From NCBI GenBank assembly GCA_965234725.1, contig CBDDUX010000060.1, positions 1 through 59,756 on the forward strand: 59,756 bases of DNA, written 5' to 3'. The translations under genes and the position numbers were made by a program. Numbering within the stretch: the stretch's first letter is position 1; each line of letters begins with the position of its first letter. Source of the DNA: Thermoplasmatota archaeon (GTDB lineage: Archaea; Thermoplasmatota; Penumbrarchaeia; Penumbrarchaeales; Penumbrarchaeaceae). The notes beneath the pieces were generated by a model. The model was not told the DNA's origin. It was given only the letters and a program-made list of their open reading frames with translations, and did not search any database. Positions 51,300 to 59,756 of this stretch are shown piece by piece.

Positions 51300-52823
51300 T
51301 TATAATGGCGGACATTTTCCGATCACAATATCATCAAGAGCCCCTAAAAATGGCCAATCTGCGGTATAAGGTGTGACGGGCGATGGATATCCAAGGGCAA
51401 ATAATAATGGATTGGAGGATGTAGATCCAATTCCGTACGATGCAGGTCCGCTTTGTGTTGATGGAGTTCCATAACCAGATACATGGAAAAACATTGTACC
51501 TCCAGTAACCCAAGCCCAAACATGATACCAATATCCATTGTAGATTTGGGTATTAGATGTTACGGAAGCAATATTCGTATATCCAAGATCAAATTTTGCC
51601 TCAACTCTCATCAATCCGGGATTGTATTCAAGATAGATGCGGTATCCGTTGGCTTGAGGTGGAATGACATTAGTCCAGTCCCATTTCTCGATCAACATCT
51701 GACTAATTTGACAGGATTCAGTCCAAAACATGAATTCAATATAAAGATCGACCTCATACTGCGAACCAGTGAAACCGAAATAATTATCATCGTCAGTGAC
51801 ACAAACATATCCTGGATCTTCACCTTGCGTGAATTGAAGGGAATGGGTTCCAGGGACTCCATTTGGTTTTGAGCTTATGTAATTGACCGAATCGAGATCA
51901 CCATTTACTGTTCCATAACTATGGTAATCATATCTTACCATATCATTTACAAAGTTTTTATCTTCATCCAGAACACCTTCATCAAGAGGCCAGTAACCAA
52001 TATTTTTATTCCCCCACATTCTGTTTAATGTGAAGGGATCAAAATCATCGTCATGGGGTAGCTCATATGCATATAAAAAGTCCATTGAACCTTCAAAATA
52101 GGAATTGTAGAACTTTCCTATATAAAAATATCCAGTATTATCTCCAGGTTCATCATCCCCAGTGACATTTTCAACCATACCATAACCACCGCTTGTAGGG
52201 TCAATATATAATTTATACCTATCACTATGTCTCTCAAAAGCTACAAAATGCCAATCATCATCTCTTAAATCATCACCATCTGAATCACAAACACTCGATT
52301 CTGTTCCACCATTCCATATGGTGAAATTGAGTTTTCCTTCATCTAAATAGAATTTAAATCCATCATCTGGATTTGCAGGATCATCGCATTTACTACATAT
52401 TATTAAATCATCACCACTCTCTTCACTAGTGTAAATCAATGCAGTGATAGCAAATTCGTTGAAATCAAAGTCATCACTATTATCAATTTGAACATAATCA
52501 TTGATTCCATCAAAAAGTAAAGCTGCATTTCCATTAATATTATTATCTCTTTCATTGGTGGAAAGGGAGCAACCTCCTTTTAACTCACCAGATTTCTCTT
52601 TTCCAGAATCATCAGCAATATAGCCACTATCAACATAATTGAAATTATAATAAGCAATGCGATCATCAGAAGGTCTCACATAATTGCCTGCATCTATACT
52701 GGGTGGATCTCCTCTTACCATTTGAGGTATATTGGCTATCAACAATAGGGTTATTATCAAAAAGCTTCCAAATATTATTTTCTCAGGTATTACACCTTGC
52801 TTGTCCTTTTCTTTCTTAATCAA
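51300..52823 (-). CDS. Secreted tandem LamG-like (concanavalin A/jelly-roll) domain protein (copy 1)
   Basis: Signal peptide; AYYNF, ALLFDG..DYV, DDDWHFVA, YFEGSMD; second domain W.HV...F.G.LDD. Confidence 0.85.
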   Translation of the reverse strand: MIKKEKDKQGVIPEKIIFGSFLIITLLLIANIPQMVRGDPPSIDAGNYVRPSDDRIAYYNFNYVDSGYIADDSGKEKSGELKGGCSLSTNERDNNINGNAALLFDGINDYVQIDNSDDFDFNEFAITALIYTSEESGDDLIICSKCDDPANPDDGFKFYLDEGKLNFTIWNGGTESSVCDSDGDDLRDDDWHFVAFERHSDRYKLYIDPTSGGYGMVENVTGDDEPGDNTGYFYIGKFYNSYFEGSMDFLYAYELPHDDDFDPFTLNRMWGNKNIGYWPLDEGVLDEDKNFVNDMVRYDYHSYGTVNGDLDSVNYISSKPNGVPGTHSLQFTQGEDPGYVCVTDDDNYFGFTGSQYEVDLYIEFMFWTESCQISQMLIEKWDWTNVIPPQANGYRIYLEYNPGLMRVEAKFDLGYTNIASVTSNTQIYNGYWYHVWAWVTGGTMFFHVSGYGTPSTQSGPASYGIGSTSSNPLLFALGYPSPVTPYTADWPFLGALDDIVIGKCPPL

Positions 52824-53140
52824 TCTAATCAGCCTCCTTTTCTATTGTGTCCTCATCTTCCATTTCGACGAAAACATTGCAGATATTATTTGAAAGCGTA
52901 TTTAGATTTTACTCGTAATATTAATTTTTTCATCGTTATTATATAAAGGTTTCTTCTATGAAAAAAAGTATAAAAATTTTAATGGGACTTATCAATCAGA
53001 ATAATGCAAATGAAGTCAGGTATGGATTTGATAATTGGTCACCTTATAATTAAGAGGTAAAATATTGAAAATATTCTTTACAACGATAGAAGGACTCCCA
53101 GCTCTTTTCAGGAGGCCTTTCCACAGAATTTCATCTCTGA

Positions 53141-56100
53141 TCATGATCGAAACAGGTCATTTTCCTGTTCATCAATAGTATCGGTTGAATCAGGATTTTC
53201 GACATCAATGATCTCAGTTTTCTTGTTTTTCATGATAAAAAAGACCGCTAAACCGATTCCGACAAAAAGCAAGATGACCACAATAATTATGATCAATACG
53301 ATCGGAGATCCTCCATCACCTTTGGATTTCTTCATCATCGTATCAGAGGTTGATAGATCAGTATTTTCCATTATCTCGATACTTGAGGCCCCTTCCAATG
53401 ATCGGTAACCGCTCTTTTCTATCTTCCAGGTAACCTGTCCTTCTGGTACTGAAACCAAGAAGGAACCATCTGTCCCTGTGATTACCGTGTATTCATTCCC
53501 ATCGGAATCGGTTACAGTAACCTTAGCTCCTTGTATCGGCTTCCCATCTCCATCCTGGACGATTCCACTTAATGTTCCGTTGTCCAAGACCTTTATCATG
53601 ATCTTATCTGTTCCTCTGTTCAGGAAATTGTCTGTCACGGTCAATTCTATCTCGTATTCTCCAGCTTTATCAAAGGTGAAGGTGACAATCTTTCCTTCCA
53701 ATACCTGATCCTCTCCATTGTAATCGAACTTCCATTTGAAGGATGAGATCCCTCCGTTATCCGTGGAGGAGGACCCATCAAGTGTGACAATGGAACCTTT
53801 CTTCACTGTCATATCATCCCCGGCGGATGCCTTCGGCCTCTCTGTATCCGGGACCTCAACAGTAACAGTCTTGGAAGCAGAATTGTTCCATTGATCAAAG
53901 ACTGTCAATGTGGTATCAATGTATCCCTGCCTTTCGAAAGTGTGATTCAGGTAAGGACCTTCGACCATCACATCCTCTCCGTCGGTGAAGTTCCAGACAT
54001 ATTTCATTATCTTTCCGTTGTCTATGGATGACAATCCGTCTAGCGACAGTGAATCTCCCTCGAGGAGCTTCGTTCTCCCTGTAATAACGGCTTCAGGATC
54101 GATGGTATCCAAAACTGTCACCTGCAAAGTTGCCGAATGATAGTTCTCATTCGCATCTGTGACAGTAAGAGTGACAGTGTAGTAACCGGGTATGTTGAAG
54201 AGGAACGAAGCTGTTTCACCATACAGCGTTTCTGTTCTACCTCCGTACTTGAACGTCCACTTATATTCCTCGATAACATCGTTGTCTGTGCTTCCGGATC
54301 CGTCAAACTCTGCAATATCTCCATTCTCTATCTCAATATCTGGTCCTATAACGGCAACAGGATCCTCGGTGTCAATGACAGTGACGTAGAAGTAGGAATA
54401 TCCGAAATTACCCTCGGAATCGGTCACCTTCAGTTGAATCTCGTGTACACCTACATCGAAGAACCTGAAGGATACATCCGGTCCTTTCAACACTTCTTCA
54501 TTTCCCTGATGCTGGAAGGTCCATTTGTATTCGAAAATCGGAGATAAATCGGTTGTACCTGCTGCGGAGAAGAATGCAAGTTCTCCCTGGTTTACGGTAA
54601 GATTCCCTTGAGTTGCAACCACCGGAGGAGACCTGTCTTCAACTGTCAGAATGAATGAATCGGTATCCATGTTCCCCGCGAAATCCGAAACGGTCAATTC
54701 ACAATCATACACACCCGCGATATCGAACTGGAAATCGAACTCGGCAAGGTCCCTCACCACTTCTTCTCCGTCGTATTCGAAGGACCACACGAAATGAGTT
54801 ACCATCTGATCATCTGTGGAATCCGTTGCATCGAAGTGAAAGGTTTCTCCGAGTTCCATCTTCATATCAGGACCTGCTACTGCTTCTGGAAAAACATTAT
54901 CGGCAAATATAGGATAGATATCCCTGACATTACCCAGTACGTATGGAGTATCTCCGTAACCGTCGGATCCTGAATCCATCTGTTGAGGACCCATCTTCAC
55001 ATCCTTGTTTCCATTATAATCCGACCAGTAATTGCCTCCCGTCGGATAATTTCCATACCATTTGTGGGAGATGCTGGAGGACTGAGCCTGGATATCGTTT
55101 TCGATGAATCTGTTCCCCCATACTACTGCATTGGGGGAATTTACCATGGATACACCCACCTTGTTATTGTAGAACAAATTATCATGAACAACACATTCCC
55201 TCTCATTACCTTCGATATAAAATCCAATATTGTTATTCTTGATAGTATTATTGAAAATATGAGGGTTTGTCCCTGATATCTCGATTTGACCAGTGTTATT
55301 TTCAAAAAGGTTGTCATGGACTTTCGTTGTGCTCCCTCCTCGAATATAATTATCTTTATTTCCTCTGAATATATTATGATGAATATCTCCATTACTGACA
55401 TACACAGATTCACAATTATAGAAAATATTATTTAGAATGTTACCTCCAATATTATTTAATGGCCTACTACAATTCGAGAAGAAATGGTTGGTAACAGTTA
55501 AATTTTTAATAATGGAATCAGAATTTCTTATTAATGCTCCACTTCCACTTGAAGGATAATATTCTCCGATAAAGGTATTATTAGATAAATAGATATTCTC
55601 ACAAGCTTCATTGAAAAACTCTGACGAAAAATATATTACACTGCTTAAGTTGAGATAATTGATGAATTTATTTTCCATTATCAATATAGCATCAACAGCT
55701 TCAAAATGCATTGAATTTTTTGTACAATTGAATTCACATCCTGATATGGTAAGATTGTCATAATCATAATTTTTTATTCCATGGTCTCCAAGAAATTTTA
55801 CATTGTTTAGAGTAATTCTAGAAGCTTGAACCAGAATATTTATTGACATTGGATTGTTCCCATCATTTTTATTCTCTATCGATATATTTTCTATATTTAC
55901 ATCATTTGATGTGATTATTATATTAGTTGTACCCTCCTCAACATGATAGATAAGAGGATTCCCTATCCCAATCAAAGAAATGGATCTGTTTATTGTTAAT
56001 AACTCAGTGTAGTTTCCAGAATATATATGGATGGTGTCTCCATCTTTACTATGATTGATTGCATCCTGGATCCTTGTATAATCACCTGAACCTCCCCGAT

Positions 56101-56245
56101 CAACAATGATGACATCTCCTTCAATTGGAAAATCTGAATTCATCTCGTTAAGGATTGCATTCTCACCTTTCTCATAGCCGTCGATGCCATTATTTAAAGA
56201 TAATAAAAATATAGTTGCAGCAAGGTATGCGAAAACTCTTTTCAT
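53141..56245 (-). CDS. Surface protein: beta-helix + 5 PKD + carboxypeptidase-regulatory-like domain + TM anchor (copy 2)
   Basis: Same architecture as 48020-51043, with a near-identical C-terminal ~600 aa. Confidence 0.9.
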   Translation of the reverse strand: MKRVFAYLAATIFLLSLNNGIDGYEKGENAILNEMNSDFPIEGDVIIVDRGGSGDYTRIQDAINHSKDGDTIHIYSGNYTELLTINRSISLIGIGNPLIYHVEEGTTNIIITSNDVNIENISIENKNDGNNPMSINILVQASRITLNNVKFLGDHGIKNYDYDNLTISGCEFNCTKNSMHFEAVDAILIMENKFINYLNLSSVIYFSSEFFNEACENIYLSNNTFIGEYYPSSGSGALIRNSDSIIKNLTVTNHFFSNCSRPLNNIGGNILNNIFYNCESVYVSNGDIHHNIFRGNKDNYIRGGSTTKVHDNLFENNTGQIEISGTNPHIFNNTIKNNNIGFYIEGNERECVVHDNLFYNNKVGVSMVNSPNAVVWGNRFIENDIQAQSSSISHKWYGNYPTGGNYWSDYNGNKDVKMGPQQMDSGSDGYGDTPYVLGNVRDIYPIFADNVFPEAVAGPDMKMELGETFHFDATDSTDDQMVTHFVWSFEYDGEEVVRDLAEFDFQFDIAGVYDCELTVSDFAGNMDTDSFILTVEDRSPPVVATQGNLTVNQGELAFFSAAGTTDLSPIFEYKWTFQHQGNEEVLKGPDVSFRFFDVGVHEIQLKVTDSEGNFGYSYFYVTVIDTEDPVAVIGPDIEIENGDIAEFDGSGSTDNDVIEEYKWTFKYGGRTETLYGETASFLFNIPGYYTVTLTVTDANENYHSATLQVTVLDTIDPEAVITGRTKLLEGDSLSLDGLSSIDNGKIMKYVWNFTDGEDVMVEGPYLNHTFERQGYIDTTLTVFDQWNNSASKTVTVEVPDTERPKASAGDDMTVKKGSIVTLDGSSSTDNGGISSFKWKFDYNGEDQVLEGKIVTFTFDKAGEYEIELTVTDNFLNRGTDKIMIKVLDNGTLSGIVQDGDGKPIQGAKVTVTDSDGNEYTVITGTDGSFLVSVPEGQVTWKIEKSGYRSLEGASSIEIMENTDLSTSDTMMKKSKGDGGSPIVLIIIIVVILLFVGIGLAVFFIMKNKKTEIIDVENPDSTDTIDEQENDLFRS

Positions 56246-56371
56246 TTGAACCTCTCCGTTCTTTTCTTAGTGATTTCGACTTGATAAATAATGATCCATT
56301 GAATATATAAAAATATTCATTTCATGAAATAATATATCATTTTATCCAGATAAAGTATACATTATACCATG

Positions 56372-56408
56372 AAGAAAAATAAATGATTCCTCTTTGGAAA
56401 GAGGAATC
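56372..56408 (-). terminator. Hairpin plus T-tract after LamG copy 2
   Basis: GATTCCTCTTT-GG-AAAGAGGAATC followed by a minus-strand T-rich run. Confidence 0.6.
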
Positions 56409-56433
56409 GCCTCGAAGATATTTTAACAGAAGG

Positions 56434-57975
56434 TCAATAAGGATAACATCTACCGATGACTACATCATCCATTTTTCCAACAAGCACCCAATCAACCTGC
56501 TGTGGAGTAATCCAATAAGGACGACCTGTTGCGAAAAATAGATCATTATCAGTTTCTCCAATTCCATATGTATTCGAAGTAGAACTGGAGGCTGAAAAAT
56601 GTAAATGGGCATCATAGGACATATTCATAGTTCCAGTACTAGCATCAGACCATGCCCAAAGGTGATACCAGTATCCAGGATCGCAACCTGATAATGAAAG
56701 TGTTGTTATTGAATCACAGGCAAGTTCAAACGCAAAAGCATATGTCTCTGTTAATCCATCGTAATCAACGTATATTCTATATCCGTTTGCAGAGCCCTCC
56801 TCCTCTTCAAGCCAATCCCACTTCTCGATTAACAACATATTTCCTTCTGTATCTTCGATATTTACCCAGAATTCAATATAGATATCATCCTCCCCGGGAT
56901 CACAGGCGAAATCAAGATAATCATTTTCATCATCAACCATTACACCGCTAGGACCACCACCAAATTGTAAATAATGTGTTCCGGGTGCACCATTTCCTAT
57001 AGTATTTGAACCTCCAAAACCCGTACTTTCACCCGCAATACCATAACTATGGAAATCCGATCTTGCCATATCATTGATAATATTGCGGTCTTCTGGAACA
57101 TCCCCGATCAATCCTTCGTCCATTGGCCAATAACCCACATTTTCCATACCCCACATTCTGTCTCTGGAAGATGGAGCTGGAAATGAAGGGATTTCAATTG
57201 CATAGAAATATACAAAATCTATTATTCCTTCGAAATAATCGCTTGCACTTTGTCCTTTTCCAATGAAGAAAGGATATGAACAATTACCGGGATAATTCAA
57301 AGATGTGAAAGATTTCGATTCGACTTCACCATAACTTCCAGGAGAAGGATCTATATACAATCGAGCGGTGCCTTGGTAATATTCTACAGCTACATAATGC
57401 CAGTTTTCATCTCTGAGGTCATTTCCTCCGATATCGTAGATAAAATAACTCCCCATATTCCATGCTCTAAAGGTTAAAAGGCCGGACTCGATACAAAATT
57501 TAAATCCAGAGTTCCCATAATCACCTCTACTACAGATTGTCAATTCAGAATCACTGGAATCTGTCCAAATCAATGCTGAAATTACGAAATTTCTACCACT
57601 GATATTGAAGTCTCCGCTAGTATCAACATGAATATAATCACCATCCCCATCAAATGATAATGCACCATATCCATTGATATTATCATCCTTTTCATCTGTA
57701 CCTTCTGCATTATCTTCTAAAAAACCCTTTTTATCTCTCCCAGAATCGTCCCAAATATATTGTTTTTCTTCTTCATCAGTATAAATATCATTGAAATTAT
57801 AATATGCAACATGTGTGTCATGATTGTCTGCCACATAGTTACCGGAATCTACATTTCCAGGGGGCACAGCAAGAGAATCCATGGGAATTGATAAGACCAA
57901 CATCAATAACCCAATGAACACGGGTACAAGTCCGATCAGCCAGGTTTCGGTTTGGTTATTTCCTATTTTCTTCAT
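56434..57975 (-). CDS. Secreted tandem LamG-like domain protein (copy 2)
   Basis: Paralog of 51300-52823 (shared GNYV, AYYNFN, DDSG, NING..AL.FDG, RMWG..N.GYWP.DEG, LIEKWDW, ANGYRIY). Start set at MKKIG after SD AAGGTGA. Confidence 0.85.
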   Translation of the reverse strand: MKKIGNNQTETWLIGLVPVFIGLLMLVLSIPMDSLAVPPGNVDSGNYVADNHDTHVAYYNFNDIYTDEEEKQYIWDDSGRDKKGFLEDNAEGTDEKDDNINGYGALSFDGDGDYIHVDTSGDFNISGRNFVISALIWTDSSDSELTICSRGDYGNSGFKFCIESGLLTFRAWNMGSYFIYDIGGNDLRDENWHYVAVEYYQGTARLYIDPSPGSYGEVESKSFTSLNYPGNCSYPFFIGKGQSASDYFEGIIDFVYFYAIEIPSFPAPSSRDRMWGMENVGYWPMDEGLIGDVPEDRNIINDMARSDFHSYGIAGESTGFGGSNTIGNGAPGTHYLQFGGGPSGVMVDDENDYLDFACDPGEDDIYIEFWVNIEDTEGNMLLIEKWDWLEEEEGSANGYRIYVDYDGLTETYAFAFELACDSITTLSLSGCDPGYWYHLWAWSDASTGTMNMSYDAHLHFSASSSTSNTYGIGETDNDLFFATGRPYWITPQQVDWVLVGKMDDVVIGRCYPY

Positions 57976-58000
57976 TTCTTTCACCTTTTTTTTAATATAT

Positions 58001-58696
58001 TTAACCTTCATACATTATCGGAGATTGATTGTAAGGTTGCAACCTTAATACTTCTCCGAAAAAAGCTTCGATGAAACTGATCTCACCATCTAAATCCTGA
58101 TCCAACAAAGGATTCTCCAAACTGATCGTGATATCGAATCGATCTGGATCAAATAACTGATATTCTCTCATCGAACAGATCACAGTTCTTCCTGAATCAG
58201 CAAGATCGGGACCTCCAAGACCGGATCTTTCTCCGTTGAGGATGATGGTCATCTCCGAGAAATTGATCTCATCAAGCCAGTTATCCAGAGTGGATGTTGT
58301 GATATTTCCATCATCGAAGATGAAGGTCCTGTTATTATTGATGGAATTTATATGATCGGAGATATAAATGATCACTTCTGTTTCCGAATCACATTCTAAT
58401 TCCAGCCAATAAAAAGCATCTTCAATATTGGAAAGATTGGCAGGTCCATCAGAAGAATAATCGTTTGGATCCGTAAGGTATATTATTTCTTCTTCCTCAA
58501 GATCTTCTAACAAGTATTCCATGAACGAAGATGCCTTGTCCAATTCGTTCTGAGAATAACCACCATTTCCAGAGACTATTATCAGTGACTTCTTATCAAC
58601 AGACGATCCCTGACCGTTGCCTGAAGTAGTAAAAAGAAGGATTCCTATCAAGATCATTGTTATACAAATCGAGGTTCCAACTCCAATTCGTCTCAT
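58001..58696 (-). CDS. Secreted caspase/legumain-fold (C13/C14-like) protein lacking the catalytic Cys
   Basis: LIIVSG, I.YL, A...NI..AF.WL, VIIYISDH, I....L..WLD, IILNGERSG, D.D.DG.IS..EAF. Alternative start at 58750. Confidence 0.65.
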   Translation of the reverse strand: MRRIGVGTSICITMILIGILLFTTSGNGQGSSVDKKSLIIVSGNGGYSQNELDKASSFMEYLLEDLEEEEIIYLTDPNDYSSDGPANLSNIEDAFYWLELECDSETEVIIYISDHINSINNNRTFIFDDGNITTSTLDNWLDEINFSEMTIILNGERSGLGGPDLADSGRTVICSMREYQLFDPDRFDITISLENPLLDQDLDGEISFIEAFFGEVLRLQPYNQSPIMYEG

Positions 58697-58784
58697 CCAA
58701 AAAGGCAGTTGGACAATGAGGGATATTAAGATTATCGGAGAGAGATTCATTTGGAGGGTGTCTTTTAAAAGGAAAATCGTATTT

Positions 58785-59756
58785 TTATTTCCGAGCCTCC
58801 TTGAGCCTCTCTTCGAAAACCTCTACCCTTTCATTTCTTTTCGCTTCATCGATTATCGGAAATTTCAATGACCTGACGAAGTACTTGTTAGCAAGCCTGA
58901 TATTGCCTTCATCAATACAAACCAGGGAATAGTTGAAGAGTGCATCTGCTATACCTTCCATATCATTCAAAGATTCCATGATCTTTCTTGCTCTTCGGAC
59001 CCTTTCCTTCCCCCTTCTTGTTTTACCTTTGTTATGACTGATAAGATCGCCGAGATTCATACAAAGAATTGCCCTCATCCAGAGAATGTTATTCTTCTTT
59101 GCAATCCTTTCTGCCATCAACCATTGTTTTTCAGCAAGAGTGAACTGACCCTGTCTATAATGCAAAACCCCAAGATTATTCCTCAAGGATGTTTGAAGTA
59201 CAGGAAGATTTTCATTTTCGAATACGCGCAAAGAATAATCGTACAGTTTTTTAGCTTGGCCATACTTCTTTTTGAATGATAGAGAAGTTGCATGTTCTTG
59301 TTTGATCATTGCTTTTTGGATACTATTCCTGATCAATGGATCAATTTCTTCAGCCATGGAAATAACTCTTTCATGTTCACCTTTCCCCATCAAACACCTC
59401 ATATATCGTGTATAAGCTACAATCCATACATTTTGATCCAACCCTTTTTTGGAATTAAGTATAGTCGTGTATATTGATATTGCATCATCCAGATATCCAG
59501 ATCTTAATTTGTATTCAGCCGTGGAAAGGGCCGATTTGTATCTATCAGGATTATTAATCCGATTATTTACATCTCCTGGTCCCAAACCTAATTGAGTAAC
59601 GGATTTCACAAATTCCTCAGGATTCGACATATAGTATGGCTGTTCTTTAGATAGCACTTCATCAAGATATCCCTGGAATCTACCATTTTCATAAAAACAT
59701 GAATATTTTTGTACCCCTTTAGGAAGATTGAAAGGGTTAAGAGAGCAAGTTTTAAA
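58785..59756 (-). CDS. Tetratricopeptide repeat protein, 5' end outside the window
   Basis: NNLGVLHYRQGQFTLAE, NLG..., A.ALFN. The frame stays open from 59657 to the window end (FKTCSLNPFN...). Confidence 0.85.
   Translation of the reverse strand, partial: FKTCSLNPFNLPKGVQKYSCFYENGRFQGYLDEVLSKEQPYYMSNPEEFVKSVTQLGLGPGDVNNRINNPDRYKSALSTAEYKLRSGYLDDAISIYTTILNSKKGLDQNVWIVAYTRYMRCLMGKGEHERVISMAEEIDPLIRNSIQKAMIKQEHATSLSFKKKYGQAKKLYDYSLRVFENENLPVLQTSLRNNLGVLHYRQGQFTLAEKQWLMAERIAKKNNILWMRAILCMNLGDLISHNKGKTRRGKERVRRARKIMESLNDMEGIADALFNYSLVCIDEGNIRLANKYFVRSLKFPIIDEAKRNERVEVFEERLKEARK

Noticed and set aside
48020..56245. Diversity-generating retroelement TR/VR pair
   Set aside because: Differences are not adenine-specific, both copies are full genes, and no reverse transcriptase is in the window.

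Overview
Archaeal chromosomal segment, most consistent with Thermoplasmatota (inferred from TATA/BRE promoters, GGTGA-type SD sites, archaeal RNase P RNA, pfdA-ftsY, dph2, Nre, and a 23S-5S unit with no 16S gene). Housekeeping content: glycine cleavage genes (gcvH/T/PA/PB), alaS, hisS, rnpB, ftsY, dph2, pdxS, a HEPN-MNT pair, peptidases and many surface proteins. The most striking feature is a ~217-nt 5S rRNA gene carrying a ~101-nt, stably folded insertion in its 3' arm. Other observations: two candidate structured non-coding RNAs (15863-15930, whose loop carries an anti-SD-like sequence; and 40355-40460, the leader of a degenerate peptidase gene); a 46-bp bulged palindrome family; three apparent pseudoenzymes (PDO without CxxC, M29 peptidase missing metal ligands, caspase/legumain-like protein without its Cys); and an AT-rich tandem LamG + beta-helix/PKD surface-protein array with variable tips on a conserved stalk. 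All calls were made by eye; no searches were run.
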